Shown: piece after piece, positions 41,044 to 53,900 of the stretch | Position numbering within the stretch: the stretch's first letter is position 1 | How the letters are laid out: each line of letters starts with the position of its first letter | Origin: Octopus bimaculoides | Taxonomy: Eukaryota | Assembly: GCF_001194135.2 (NCBI RefSeq) | Contig: NC_068982.1 | Coordinates: forward strand, 104,340,205-104,404,204 | Length of the DNA: 64,000 bases | Reading direction: 5' to 3' | Notes under the pieces: model-generated | The model's database searches: none | What the model was told of the DNA's origin: nothing | What the model saw: the letters and a program-made list of their open reading frames with translations, nothing else | Program-made: the position numbers and the translations under genes

Positions 41044-41882
41044 ATCTAGGGTAAGGAAATATAAGCAGAAAAGCTATACAGTTAAGAAATTTGCTTTGCC
41101 ATCATATGGTTCAAGGATTGGTCCCACTATTTGGTACCTTGGGCAAATCACTTTCCCAAAGCTTTGCATTGACCAATACCTTGTGAGTAGAATTTGGTCA
41201 GCAGAAAATATGCACAAATTCAGTATGTGTGTGTGTGTGTGTGTTTGCATAGATCAGATAGACTTTGTTAAAGCAGATTTTCTACAGCCAGATGCCCTTC
41301 TTGCTGCTAACCCTCATCTATTTAGGTAATACCTCTGTGTGTGTGTGTGTGTGTGTGTATGTGTGTGTGTGTGTTTCTTATCTTGATCTTATATGATTGT
41401 TGAATTGAGCATCAACTGTCATACAAGCAATGTCATTCATTTCCATTCTTTTGTAAAAGCATGTCTGGCCATGGAAATATATTACCTTGCTTGGAAACAG
41501 GTCAGAGTTTGCAACAGGATGGGTATCCAAGCATAAAAAAGAAACGACCTCAACAAATTCATATATACATATACATATTTAGACAGAGAGAAAGATACAT
41601 ACATACATACATACATACATACATACATACATACATACATACATACATACATACATACATANNNNNNNNNNNNNNNNNNNNNNNNNNNNNNNNNNNNNNN
41701 NNNNNNNNNNNNNNNNNNNNNNNNNNNNNNNNNNNNNNNNNNNNNNNNNNNNNNNNNNNNNNNNNNNNNNNNNNNNNNNNNNNNNNNNNNNNNNNNNNNN
41801 NNNNNNNNNNNNNNNNNNNNNNNNNNNNNNNNNNNNNNNNNNNNNNNNNNNNNNNNNNNNNNNNNNNNNNNNNNNNNNNNNN

Positions 41883-41927
<45 letters not shown>

Positions 41928-42175
41928 TCATCCCACCTGCCATCAGAAATGCTAAGAACCAATAATTGTACCATTGGAAATCTTTAAGTAACAATTCTAC
42001 TGTTCACCAATTACGATCTGAAAGTAAACAAATAACAGCAAATGATTTACACAGAACAATTGGTGAGATTGATACAGTTGATTTTCAATATGAACATCTG
42101 TATGTTGCTGTCAGCAAGAAAGCATGGTTAGGGAGGAGATTCCAAAGAACTGAGATGATTCTGTAAAAGGAATGA

Positions 42176-42214
<39 letters not shown>

Positions 42215-42682
42215 GTGGTTAGTACAAAGCCTAGCAGGTGGTGGTAGTGGAGTGACTGTTTGTTTGATGAGAGGAGGAGAAACTAGTGTGTCATCTGGGC
42301 TTGGTTGAAGATAGTTAATTGGGTGTGAAATGAAGAAGTTCATACGTTCACTACATGCAAGAGAGTTGAGAACTTATTCAGGCATAGGTAACTGTTTAGA
42401 AACATGACAAAAATAGATGATACACACTGGGAATGCTGCAAGATGATAGTTGATAATACACAAGGCGGAGATGAGCAAAGAAAGACGGGTGAGTGTGGAG
42501 CTAGATGAGTAGGTTTGGCCTATCAGATGAAAAACTGAGAATGGGATGTTAGTCATAAAGATGTTGTTGTAGTTAAAATGTCCCAGTCAGTGCTGCTCAA
42601 AGAAAACTATAGCCACAAAAATAACTGATCAAATAAAACTGACATTTGTAGGTATGCCATCCTGAGATTTAAAACTCAAAAT

Positions 42683-42798
42683 ATATGGCCTGAACAGGAT
42701 AAACTACCCCTATTTTGCAGAAAAAAGTGTAGGTGGTTAGCTAAGCACCTACACTTTTTTCTGCAAAACAGGGGTAGTTTATCCTGTTCAGGCTATAT
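42683..42798. repeat. Near-perfect 116-nt palindrome (53-bp arms, 10-nt loop)
   Basis: Arms 42683-42735 and 42746-42798 differ from perfect complementarity at two positions. Confidence 0.95.
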
Positions 42799-43413
42799 TA
42801 TTAGCATTATCCTGCGATTGAGAATTTAAAATCACTTTTTTAACTTTCTAAGACATCTCAACGCTTCTAAAAGCAAACTTCGTTTGTTTGTTTACGTTTA
42901 TCGTGATTTGAATATATGGTTTCCAATTTAAAGACTGTTAATACTCACTTGTAGTATATTCTTTTATTCTTTTACTTGTTTCAGTCATTGAACTGTGGCC
43001 ATGCTGGAGCACCACCTCAAAGGATTTTAGTCAAACAAATTGACACCAGGACTTATTTTTAAGCCTAGTACTTATTCTATCAGTCTCTTTTACCAAACCG
43101 TGAAGTTACAAGGATGTAAACACACCAACACCAGTTGTCAAGCAGTGATGGAGTGACAAACACAAAGACACACACACATAGATATATACATACATATATA
43201 TATATATATATATATTTATAAATATAATTAAGGGATCAGCAAATATTTGCTTCACCAAATACCGAAGTTCAGAAATCACAGCTAAAAAAACTGAGAATCC
43301 CACAGATAGCATCACTTTTAATTTGTAATAATATATATATATATATATATTCAACTTTATGATGAAAGTAAAGAAACAAAGTTTGTTTTTAGAAGCGTTG
43401 AGATGTATTGTAT

Positions 43414-43684
43414 GATACAGAAATAAATTTATTTCTCAAACGCGTGATAATGCTATAAAATAACATGATCAGGATGAATTATCCATATATTGCAGAAAAA
43501 TACGTTACTGGCCAGCCATGAGACTCGAACTCACATCTCTGTGATTACATGTCAAGTGTTTTACCATTAAACTAAACTGCCCAGCAACGAATTCTGCAAT
43601 TTTCTGCAATATATGGATAATTTATCCTGATCACGCTATTTCATAGCATTATCACGCGTTTGAAAAATAAATTTATTTCTGTAT

Positions 43685-43685
<1 letters not shown>
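43414..43685. mobile_element. Fold-back/MITE-like element with ~86-bp inverted arms enclosing a tRNA-like core
   Basis: 43414-43499 and 43600-43685 are reverse complements with few mismatches. Flanked by TA-rich sequence. Confidence 0.75.
43509..43582 (-). pseudogene. tRNA-Thr(UGU)-like pseudo-tRNA
   Basis: D stem GTTT/AAAC, T arm GTGAG-TTCGAGT-CTCAT, anticodon loop CATGTAA. Acceptor stem imperfect, anticodon stem 3/5. Confidence 0.6.
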
Positions 43686-43728
<43 letters not shown>

Positions 43729-44316
43729 CACACACATATACGATAGGCTTCTTTCAGTTTCTGTCTACCAAATCCACTCACAAGGCTTTGGCCAGTCCAA
43801 AGCTATAGTAAAAGACACTTGCCCAATGTGCCAAGCAGTGGTACTGAACCTGGAACCATGTGGTTGGGAAGCAAACTTCTTACCACACAGCCACTCCTAC
43901 ACCTATCCACAACTTCTTAGTATTATTTTAACATTAAAAAGCCGTTGAGTTGGCAGGATTGTTAAAGAATCAGAAGGAATGCTTTACAGAATTTCTTCTG
44001 AATGGCTACATTCTGATTTCAGTTTCTGCTGAGGTCAACTTTGCCTTTCATTCTTTCTGGGTGATAAAATAATTACTAGTGAAGTAGTGAAGTTGATGTA
44101 ATTAACTAAATTGGTTTTCCCCAAAATTTGAATGAATTATTTTAACACTAAATAAAAAAAAAACTAAAAACATTGACAAGCATGGGTGTGTAGTAAGACG
44201 TTTACTTCCCAACCGCATGGTTTGAGGTTCAGTCTCACTGTTTGACACTCTGGGTAAGCGTCTTCTACAATAGCACTGAGTCTGGATTTGGTAGATGGAA
44301 AATGAAAGAAGCCTGT

Positions 44317-44355
<39 letters not shown>

Positions 44356-44972
44356 GTGTGTGCATGCCTTTGTATTTGTGTTTGTCCCCAGCACTGGTTG
44401 ACAACCAGTGTTGGTTTGTTTACATCCCCATAACTTAGCAGTTCAGCAAAAAGAGACTGACAGAATAAGTACAAGGCTTAAAAATAAGTACTGGGGTTCA
44501 TATGTTTGACTAAACACTTTGAGGCAGTGCCACAGCATGGCTGCAGCACAATAACTGAACCAAGCAAAAAATAAAAGAATATATGATGGATGAGTAGGTG
44601 GAGAAAGAAAATTCTTTCTATTTGAAATATTCATGAAAATATAGATATGAATCAGTTTTATATTAAATATCATATGTTTTATTTCATATGATATTTCTGT
44701 TTCAAAAAAGCTTCCCAGCAAACTGTAAAATTCAAAATATAAGGAATTCAAACAATTTTCAGCATCAATCATTGCTTAGATAAGTAAAATAGATTACCAG
44801 TTCTATATCTAACTCAAAATATAAGTGAGATAAATATTTATGATATTTTATGAAACTCCATTTTGTCAAGATTAACAATTTCTCAAGATATAAATCATGA
44901 GAAATTGATATGTTTTTATATTCTATTGTAATAAAGCTTAATTGCTATTTATCTATTCTTTAAATATCCTAG

Positions 44973-45064
44973 GGTATATTTACAAGCTTTATTCCTGAAA
45001 TTGCCGAGATTATTGGCCGGAGGCAGAAGTATGGCGGAACATATAAGAAAGAAAGGGGCAAAAA
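44973..45064 (+). CDS. KCNMA1: BK/Slo1 exon, end of S6 and S6-RCK1 linker ([31 protein letters not shown])
   Basis: CCTAG acceptor, GTAAGA donor at 45065. 92 nt, phase 0 to 2. PEIxE and KYGG motifs. Not in the ORF track. Confidence 0.96.
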
Positions 45065-46403
45065 GTAAGAAATATATCTTCTATTATTTTTCATAAAGAA
45101 ACTAAATGTTTTGCTTATTTGTATATATATAAAAAAGAACATTTACCCAAAATTTCTGCATTTATTTTAATGTTTCAGTATCTTATCAGACCAATTTGCC
45201 TTGACTAGTTATGCCTTTCCATATGTGTGTGTGTCCATATGTGTATGTGTATATGCCCATGTGTGCGCTTGTGTTTGTGTGTGTGTGTTTCTGTGTGTGT
45301 ATATATGTGTGTGTCCCTGTGTTCATGTGTGTGTAAGGCTGTGAACTGGTAGAGTCATTAGAGCATCCTACAAAATGCATCATGAAATTTGTCTTGACAC
45401 TTTGCACACTTCCAGCCAAATCCTTCCAGTATCGACATTGCCTTAAATCCTTTTGTGATCACTAAAAAAAAAACAAATGTACCAATCAAGAGCAATGATT
45501 TGGCAGAACTGTAAGAAAGTCAAACTAAATGTCTTCTGGTATTTGTTCCACTTCTTTGAATTCTGAGTTCAAATCCCACCAAGGCATACTTGAGTGATAA
45601 ACGTAACTTGTCACCTAACTGAACACCACCACCTGTCACCTTAGGTGCCTTTAGCAGAGTCCACTTTGTTGCAAGCATTCATGCCAAGTCTTCAGTCCTT
45701 CCCATTACAGCATGGAACATGAATGTTGAGTGGTGATGGTGGTGGCAGCAGTGGATTTGTATTCAAGAAAGTGCTTCCATTAGCTAAGAAATTAAATATT
45801 TCATTATCTGTTTTGTTAGAGGACAAGACTGAGTGTTCATATCTTATGTCCCACTTGAAGGTACAATTCTTGAAAGCTCAGCTGATAAATAATTAGTGCT
45901 GTGAGACACGTTTACCACTGTGAGCATTGTTGTTGGTATTGCTTAGTCCCAAATCAGCCCTGATCATTCAGATCTATGATCAAAGATAGTGAAGCCATGA
46001 CCACCTCATATATTTTTGTGAATGGTTAACCCAGACTACAATATATTCATTTTTTAAAGATTGTATCGTGTATGATTTATGAAGCATTTGGCTACTTCTT
46101 CTAGCATGTCAGACGACCATGTATGTAGCAGTTTCCTGGTTAGCTTGTATAAACATTGTGTAACTGGCAAGTTGTTAACCTGCAGCATTGGTCTGATGAA
46201 GAGAGAATAGATGCCATCAATAGTAATGCTAACCAATGCTTAACCAAATTCAAACTTCAATAATTTTTCTCATAGTTACGGGCAAAAGTGTATCAATCAA
46301 TTGTTTTACTGAAAAGTTAAGTTTATAACTTTATGAGATTTTCTTTTTCTGTAAAGGAAAGTAGATTAGAGCAGTAAGTAAAAATAAACGAGAATTAGTC
46401 AAA

Positions 46404-46800
46404 TAGGTGCAGGCATGGCTGTGTGGTAAAAAGCTTGCTTCTCAACCACATGATTCTGGATTCAGTCCCACTGTATGGCACCTTGGACAAGTGTTTTCTA
46501 CTATAGCCTCAGACTATCCAAATCCTTGTGAGTGGATTTGATAGACAGAAATTGAAAGAAACCCATCATGTGTGTGTATCTATGTGTGTGTGTCTTTCTG
46601 TCTGTGTTTATCGCACCACCACCAGTTGACAAACAGTACTGGTGTGTTTGCATCCCCCATAACTTAGTGGTTCAGCAAAAGAGACCGATATAATAAGTAC
46701 CAGGCTTTAAAATAAATATTGGGGTCGATTCATTCAACTAAATATTTAAGGTGGTGCCCCAGCTTGGCCACAGTCTAATGAGTGAAACAAGTAAAAAATA
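46404..46800 (+). repeat. Bipartite tRNA-headed SINE, family B. Other + copies ~24386-24757, 26341-26733, 27903-29355 (split), 33300-33740, 44182-44578. Minus copies ~2757-3123, 22655-22980, 34110-34497, 37225-37633, 42965-43900 (split), 55040-55395
   Basis: A-box-like TGGCTGTGTGG, B-box-like GGTTCAGTCCC, conserved GTGGATTTGGTAGA.GGAAACTGAAAGAAGCC, a (TA/CA)n linker and a GACTGAAACAAGTAAAA tail in many copies. Confidence 0.92.
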
Positions 46801-49800
46801 TAAAAAGATAAAGAAACCTACACAATATTTTTTTTTCTAATCATATTTGATCTCAAAAATATTGAACTATAAGTTAGAATATTTCAAGTTTTTTGAGAGA
46901 TAAAAGTGATTGTTGCAACCACAGTATCAATGTGTCATACATAAATTTTGAGTTTGAGATTAAATTGCATGTTCTGACAAGCAGACATTGTGTGGGTTAC
47001 ATCTGTTTTAGTATAACCAATGTTTGACTACAGGATTAACTCATAGTTAACAGGCTTAGTTATATTTATATTTTTATTATTGTTCTTTTTAATAGCATAG
47101 TCAGGCAGGAGAAGACAGTGCCCATGCCACTTTTTAGTCCATATGAGGCTGGTGGGAAGGAAAGGAGGATGTTGTCCTCAGACTGAGACCTGGCTCAAAT
47201 GCTTGCAACAGAATGGACTATTCTAAAGGCACCTAAGTAAGGCTCAGATGGTGGTATTGAATTGGAAAGCAGATTGTACCTAGTACCTAAGGATTAGAAT
47301 GATCCCTTTAACAGGCTTCCATATATATTTCTGACAACCAAATTTCAGTCACAAAGTACCATATTTGACAACATAAAAGATGCATGAGCCTATTAGACAA
47401 ACCCTAATTTCAGCAATGCATATTCAGGAAAATGTTTTAGTTCATTAAAGCTTATGGGAGGCCCAGCTGATTTTTCTGAGATATTTGTTTGGGAAAGAAG
47501 TGCATATTATATGCCATCAAATACAGTATTTAACTATTCTAGGCTAGGATAAAAGACCTTTATCTAATGTTTTGTGCTCTGTGATTGAACCTGATGTTAT
47601 GTTGTTACAAAAGAAAACTTGTCAGCCATACAGCCATGCTTGCATTCAGTTGTCATGGCAGCTTCGGTTTGTTGTAATTTATCCAAAGTGGTTAGAGAAC
47701 CAAATTCCAAGTTTGATTCTACTGAAACAACAAACAGTGCAACTATTTTGTTGTAAACATGTGTTTTGTATTTGCCTGACAATAGTAGAGAGGTTAAAGA
47801 TTTTAAAAATAGCTTTTAATGAAAAGAAACATGGTGACACTTTGGCTTCTACTCTATATTAACGAAAAGAAACTTTTAAAGATTGAATTTAGTTAAATTA
47901 ATCTGAGTTTATCCTCAGATTCTACAATGAATTTATTTACATTCATAAAAAATCCAAGTGTGCAAAAAGACAAAAAACATATAAAAGGTAAATACAAAAC
48001 CATCTGGCACCCATTTTGTTTTTATTTTTTGTATGTTCTTTGTATCTACTAGCTTCAATTTGCTTTGTTTATATATAGATATTTTATAAAGATTTCACAT
48101 TAAAATAAGATCATTTTTTTTTCTTTCATAATTTGTAATTGCTGGGAGAAAAAAATTGTTTCCTCTTTTTCACCTACTAAAATTAGTGTATATAATTTAA
48201 TATATATAAAGTCAGTAAACATTATATGTTATTTGCTTGAAGAGCAATCTTTTGATATTATCTCTAATCCCCAGCTTAAAATTGCTAATGCATTGATTTA
48301 TCTCAGGAAAAGAAAAAGGCAGGATTCTATGTGAATTCTTTGGGTTAAGAGTTCAAACTATTAGAAATATATACTGTAAATATCTGGGTAACTGAAGGCA
48401 ACTTTTAAAAATTAGCCTGCTGTGAAGCAGCTAAATATACTCTAGAATGAACAGATGATCTAAAATAAAACCCAGAATTAGGTAGAGTACATTTGACTTG
48501 CTTATTATTTATGGTTCAATCCATATCATCTCTGATGAATTTAATTCTTGCAAGATGGTTTCCTCAGTTAAAACAACCATTTAGAATTTATGTAGCATGA
48601 ACCAATAAAAGAGTGAAAACACAGGATGGGGAATTATTATGATATAAGAGATAAAAGTTCTCCTTACTTTTTTTTTATTTGCAGCAACCACATTGAAATA
48701 TATTTAGTTTATTAATCAAATCTGAGTAAAGTGGCAATAATCATATTATTTTTAGCCTCATCTAGATTGAATTTCTCTCACTAGCAAGCTAGTTTTAAAA
48801 GAGGAACAATTCACAGAGTATTTTAGGCTATCTTTGGTAGTCATGGTGATGGAATCCTGTCATTTGACAATGAGGATTCAGTTGTTCAGCCAACTGCATT
48901 TATGTTCTTGAATTAACATGTAAGTGGCTGAGTATATCATAGGTGTATGTACCCTTAATGTAATGTTCTGACAGAATCAGCATGGTTGCAGTCTGTGACA
49001 AAGTAGACCATTTGAAATATAAATACAGTTTCCATCAACCCAGGGCTTTTATACAGTTTCCATCAACCCACTTTCATTCACTAGTTATGGCGATAGAAAA
49101 TGGCTTTTTCTAAAACCTGAAGCTATAGAAAATGATATACAGCATCGACTTAACACACTAACATATTAAGAGAAAGCGGAGCAATAAACATAATACTTTT
49201 TAGGTCTTCTTAGAAAGAACCTGAAACACACTGAGTTAACTAATAGTTAGTGCATCTAATGTTCGGCTTAAATCATTGTAGGTTTGTGTTTATAAGAAAT
49301 TACAGATGAAAAGGGAATTTTAGGAAGGTATAGTTCTGGGAAAGAATGATAAACTAAATTTTTTAGTTTATAAAAATAAAATTTTATTTCCTATCATGTA
49401 ATCCTGGAAGAAATCACCTTCTAAGTGAAACTCTGTAAACAAGTGCATACTCAGCAAACAATAACAATAAAAATAATACTGTGGCCATCACTTACAATCA
49501 AACAGAACTGGGGATCAACATGCCTTATGCCTTTTGCTAGTGTTTTTAGGTGTCCATGTAGTTACAGACATTGAAACCTTGTTGACCCCCTCACCCTAGG
49601 GACCACAGAATATTCAAGACCTGACAGCTAAAGGGAGAGAGATAATTGCACTCTACCAGTACTACATTTTATCAACCTCACAAGTTGATCTTAGTGGAAT
49701 TTGAGCACAGAATGCAAAGAATATGAACAAACACTGCAAGACATTTTGTTCAACATTCTAAAAATTGTGCCAATTCACTTCCCTAAATGATAATATTGCT

Positions 49801-50118
49801 AATCATTTCTAATTTAGGCACAAGGCCAGCATTTTTCAGGTGAGTGGTTTGATGATTGCATCAACCTATCTTGTGCCAGTACTAGACAGGTATTTTATTT
49901 TATCAATCCTGAAAAAATGAAATGCAACATTGACTTCAACATGATTGGAACACAGAATGTCAAGGGCCAGATCAAATACTGCAAATTTTTCTTAAAATCT
50001 TACAACTCTATCACTGTGTCACCTTCAGTAATAACAATAAAACATCCCTGTTAAATAATATAGTGCATAATAGTTACAACAACAACAATAATGATGATGA
50101 CGATGATGACGACAACAA

Positions 50119-50470
50119 TCAAGTACTCCAAATTGAAAGTAGAAATGTCAAGACTGTATGGAATGCAGGAGGGTAATGTACCAGTGATACCAGTGATGAT
50201 CATAGCATTGGGCTCAATCCCATTGGAACTTCGATACCAGTGGTGATTGGAGCATTGGGCTCAATCCCATTGGAACTTCAAAACTTCTTAAGGCAACTGG
50301 AAATCCCATGCAAGATTGATGTCTTACAAAAAGCACCCTTATTAGGCACAGCACACATCTTAAGGAAAGTATTATCTGTCTGAGGTCCTTGTTGTGACTT
50401 GACAGATGACTAAAGACTCCAGTGCATTTTTACCTACACTGTGTTATGAAGGAATAATAATGACAATAAT
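50119..50470 (+). mobile_element. R4/Dong-like (RLE-type) non-LTR retrotransposon 3' end
   Basis: KYSKLKVEMSRLYGM..IPVVIGALGSIPLELQNFLRQLEIP..IDVLQKAPLLGTAHILRKVLSV* with an internal ~47-bp duplication and an (AAT)n-like tail. Confidence 0.8.
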
Positions 50471-50709
50471 AATTGTTTCAGATTTAGGCTCAAGACCAGC
50501 AATTCCAAAGGAAAGGTTAATGAATATCGTCAACTTCAGTACTCGATTGGTACTTTATTTTATCTACCCCAAAAGGACAAGAGGCAAAGTTGACTTCAGT
50601 GGGAGTTGAAATCAGAACATAAAGAGCCAGAAGAAATACTGCAAAGCTTTATTCTTTTCTGATGCTCTCACAATTGTACCTATCTATTCCCCTTATTAAT
50701 AATAATAAT

Positions 50710-50920
50710 CCTTTCTACTATAGGCACAAGGTCTGAAATTTTGCAGGAGACCAGTCGTTTACATCAACTCCAGTGTTTCACTGGTACTTAATTTATCAAC
50801 CCTGAAAGGACAAAAGACAAAGTCAACCTTGGCGGAATTTGAACTCAGAATGTAGCAATGGGCGAAATACCACTAAGCATTTCGTCCAGTGTGCTAACAA
50901 TTCAGCCAGCTGACTGCCTT
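50710..50920 (-). repeat. tRNA-headed SINE, family A. Other copies ~2325-2535, 6740-6965, 15450-15625, 16050-16195, 22425-22595, 23000-23155, 31565-31740, 43940-44120, 49810-50000, 50475-50680
   Basis: Shared GCTGGCAGAA..GTTAGCAC head, GAGTTCAAATTC B-box and GACTTTGCCTTTCATCC..GGGGT.GATAAAATAAGTACCAG central domain. Confidence 0.9.
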
Positions 50921-53900
50921 AATAATAATAATAATAATAATTAAAAAATTAAAAATAAAAAAAATATATCCTGATGCAGTACCACACACTGGCTCTCACA
51001 GCTTCTGATCTTAATTGATTGGAAGTGTTATCATGTGCATTGTTTTGTCTTAGTATAAAAGATGGGCTACAGCAAATATTCTGCTCAGTACCACAGATTT
51101 GCTTGTCAGTTGTTTGACCTTAACCAGTTGAGCATGTCCCTTGGTGGCTGACGAGATGTGTATCTCTGATCATGAGCAGAAGTAGTGGGGGAGCATCATA
51201 GCCATGTGTTGAGAGGAATTCTTTGGGGTTTGAATTATTCACCTTTGGAAACATGGGTGTTTTGTTCAACATCCTTAAACAAACCTTTGAGATGGATGGG
51301 CTATTCAACCTGAAGAAAATTCTAACTGGGCCCCACCTACGAAGTCATGTGCTGTTTATCTTGATATGAGATTACCATGTCACTCACATATGATTGTGAG
51401 GCATGTGCCTGGTGTACCCTTATCAGACAGGTAGTAATGATGGGTATACTAGGCTTCATATATTTTACCCTAATGTCATTTTGATGGCATGCACTGCTCT
51501 CTCACTCAAGAATAATAATAATAATAATAATTATAATAATATTGTCTATGTAATCCCCAAAACATTTTAATCTGTAAACAGTGTCAAAATACTTTTAAAT
51601 GTACATAATAGCAAACACCTTCTCCTGTTATCTTAACATCAAACTATCATCTTATAATATTACTTTTAAAACAAACTTTTAATTTTCTTATGTTTTCACA
51701 AACCTTCTCAAAAATATGGCACTCTAGCCATAACACCAACTTGAACTTCTAACTTGTTGTCTCTTGAGGTCTGTGGATGGGACTTGGAGTCAACTTGTAC
51801 AAATACAAAGCAAAAGCCAAGCATATAATAATAATTATTATTATTATAATAATAATAGTAATAATAATAATTATAATAATAATTTCTCTAGTAACCACTC
51901 AGGATTGGGCAAATGAATCTTTCACCTTTTACTACAAATGATGATAACAGTGATAATTTGATTTGCACTAAATGTAGTTCATAGAGAAAGCACTGAATCA
52001 CTTCTTCAATTTCAAAAGATGTTAATATAGTGTAATTTATAAACTTGTGTGCATATATTCTTTTATATCTTTCTGCCCACATATATATATATACAGGATT
52101 GGCTTACATGTTTTGCACCTATTTATTAAAAATAAGGTCATGATGCAACTCAACAGTCTGCAAGATGAATGATAAATTTACCTAGATGTCATTTTCATTT
52201 TCTGTGAAACATTTAATTTAGTGTTAGGTTTTCATCAAAAAAATATTTGCATACCATTACATTGTATGCAAGTTGTATGCAAGATTTTCACTGCATCTCA
52301 TACAGAGCTATGTGTGCCACACACAATTTAGTATATGCAATACTGTCTTTTGGGTGTGTGGCAAGCTGTTTGTGTTATACCTAATCTAATCTTTTATCTT
52401 GTGTTATTTTTTGTTTCTTTCTGTGTTATTTTGGTGATGCTCCTGTTCATTGCAAAAGCATTCTTAGTATTGTGAGATGTTTGTGTAGAACATGTGGTTT
52501 TAGTTGTTCTATTCAATTTAAAGATGCTTGGATAGCATGTGTGATGTGTTTAGAAGGATTATATTTTGGATAGTGCATAAATTTGTGTTCCCATGTATGA
52601 GTTTCATTGTATTCATGTTCTCTTTTGATAAGATATTAGTCAAACCATTTTTACTCTTATATTCCACATCTTGTTTATCTCCATTACATCACTGTACTTT
52701 GATAGCTTTTTTGACATTTTTTTATGTGACATTTTGTTCAAAACAGACCAAGATGCTTATCGGCGCATTGATTTCTCTCTCCTAACTTTAATTATAACAG
52801 CTGAGTGGTTCCTGTTGATCTTTTTGTCATTTTAGACAGATATATATATATATATTTATATATATATATCCTCCATGCCAACGTCGTCTCCTTCATTGGA
52901 CACGAAACTCGGATTGCAAAGACCTGCTGGAGCAAGCGAAAGTGAAATCGTGATGGCACCTGTGCCCAGCATCGCCTTCCTGGCACATGTAAAGACATTC
53001 GAGCGAGATCATTGCCAGTGCCACCGAACTGGCCCCTGTGCTGGTGGCACGTAAAATACACCATTTTGAGTGTGACCGTTGCCAGTTCTGCCTCACTGGC
53101 CTTCGTGCCGGTGGCACGTAAAAGCACTCACTACACTCTCGGAGTGGTTGGAGTTAGGAAGGGCATCCAGCTGTAGAAACTCTGCCAAATCAGATTGGAG
53201 CCTGGTGTAGCCATCTGGTTTCGCCAGTCCTCAGTCAAATTGTCCAACCCATGCTAGCATGGAAAGCGGACATTAAACGACAATGATGATGACGATGATA
53301 TANNNNNNNNNNNNNNNNNNNNNNNNNNNNNNNNNNNNNNNNNNNNNNNNNNNNNNNNNNNNNNNNNNNNNNNNNNNNNNNNNNNNNNNNNNNNNNNNNN
53401 NNNNNNNNNNNNATATATATATATATATATATATATAGGTGCAAGTGGGAGTGAGTAGTTAAGAAGTTTGCTTCTCAACCACATGGTTTCGAGTTCAGTT
53501 CTTCTACATGGTACCTTAGGCAAGTGTCTTCTGCTATAGTCCCAGGTTGACCAAAGCCTTGTAAGTGGATTTGGTAGATAGAAATTGTGCATGTGTCATT
53601 AGCTTGACATTGTGTGATTATTGTACATGAATGTCATTCATTTCCAATAATTTGTGCAAACATATCAGGCATGGGGAAATGTTACCTTGCTTGAAAGCAG
53701 GTAAAAATTGGTAATAGGAAGGGTGCCCAACTGTAGAAAATCTGCCTCAATAAACTCCATCTGACCCATACAAGCACAGGAAGGTGGACATTAAAACAGT
53801 GATGATGATGAATGATATACCCAACTACTGTGGTTAAATCATTGTTATATACTGCGTTTTTGTTTTATCACTTCATGAAGAGGGAGGGCATTACCTATTA

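Noticed and set aside
52480-52800. Candidate RCK1 exon (AG-AACATGTGGTT)
   Set aside because: In the required phase it gives a non-homologous peptide and a stop.
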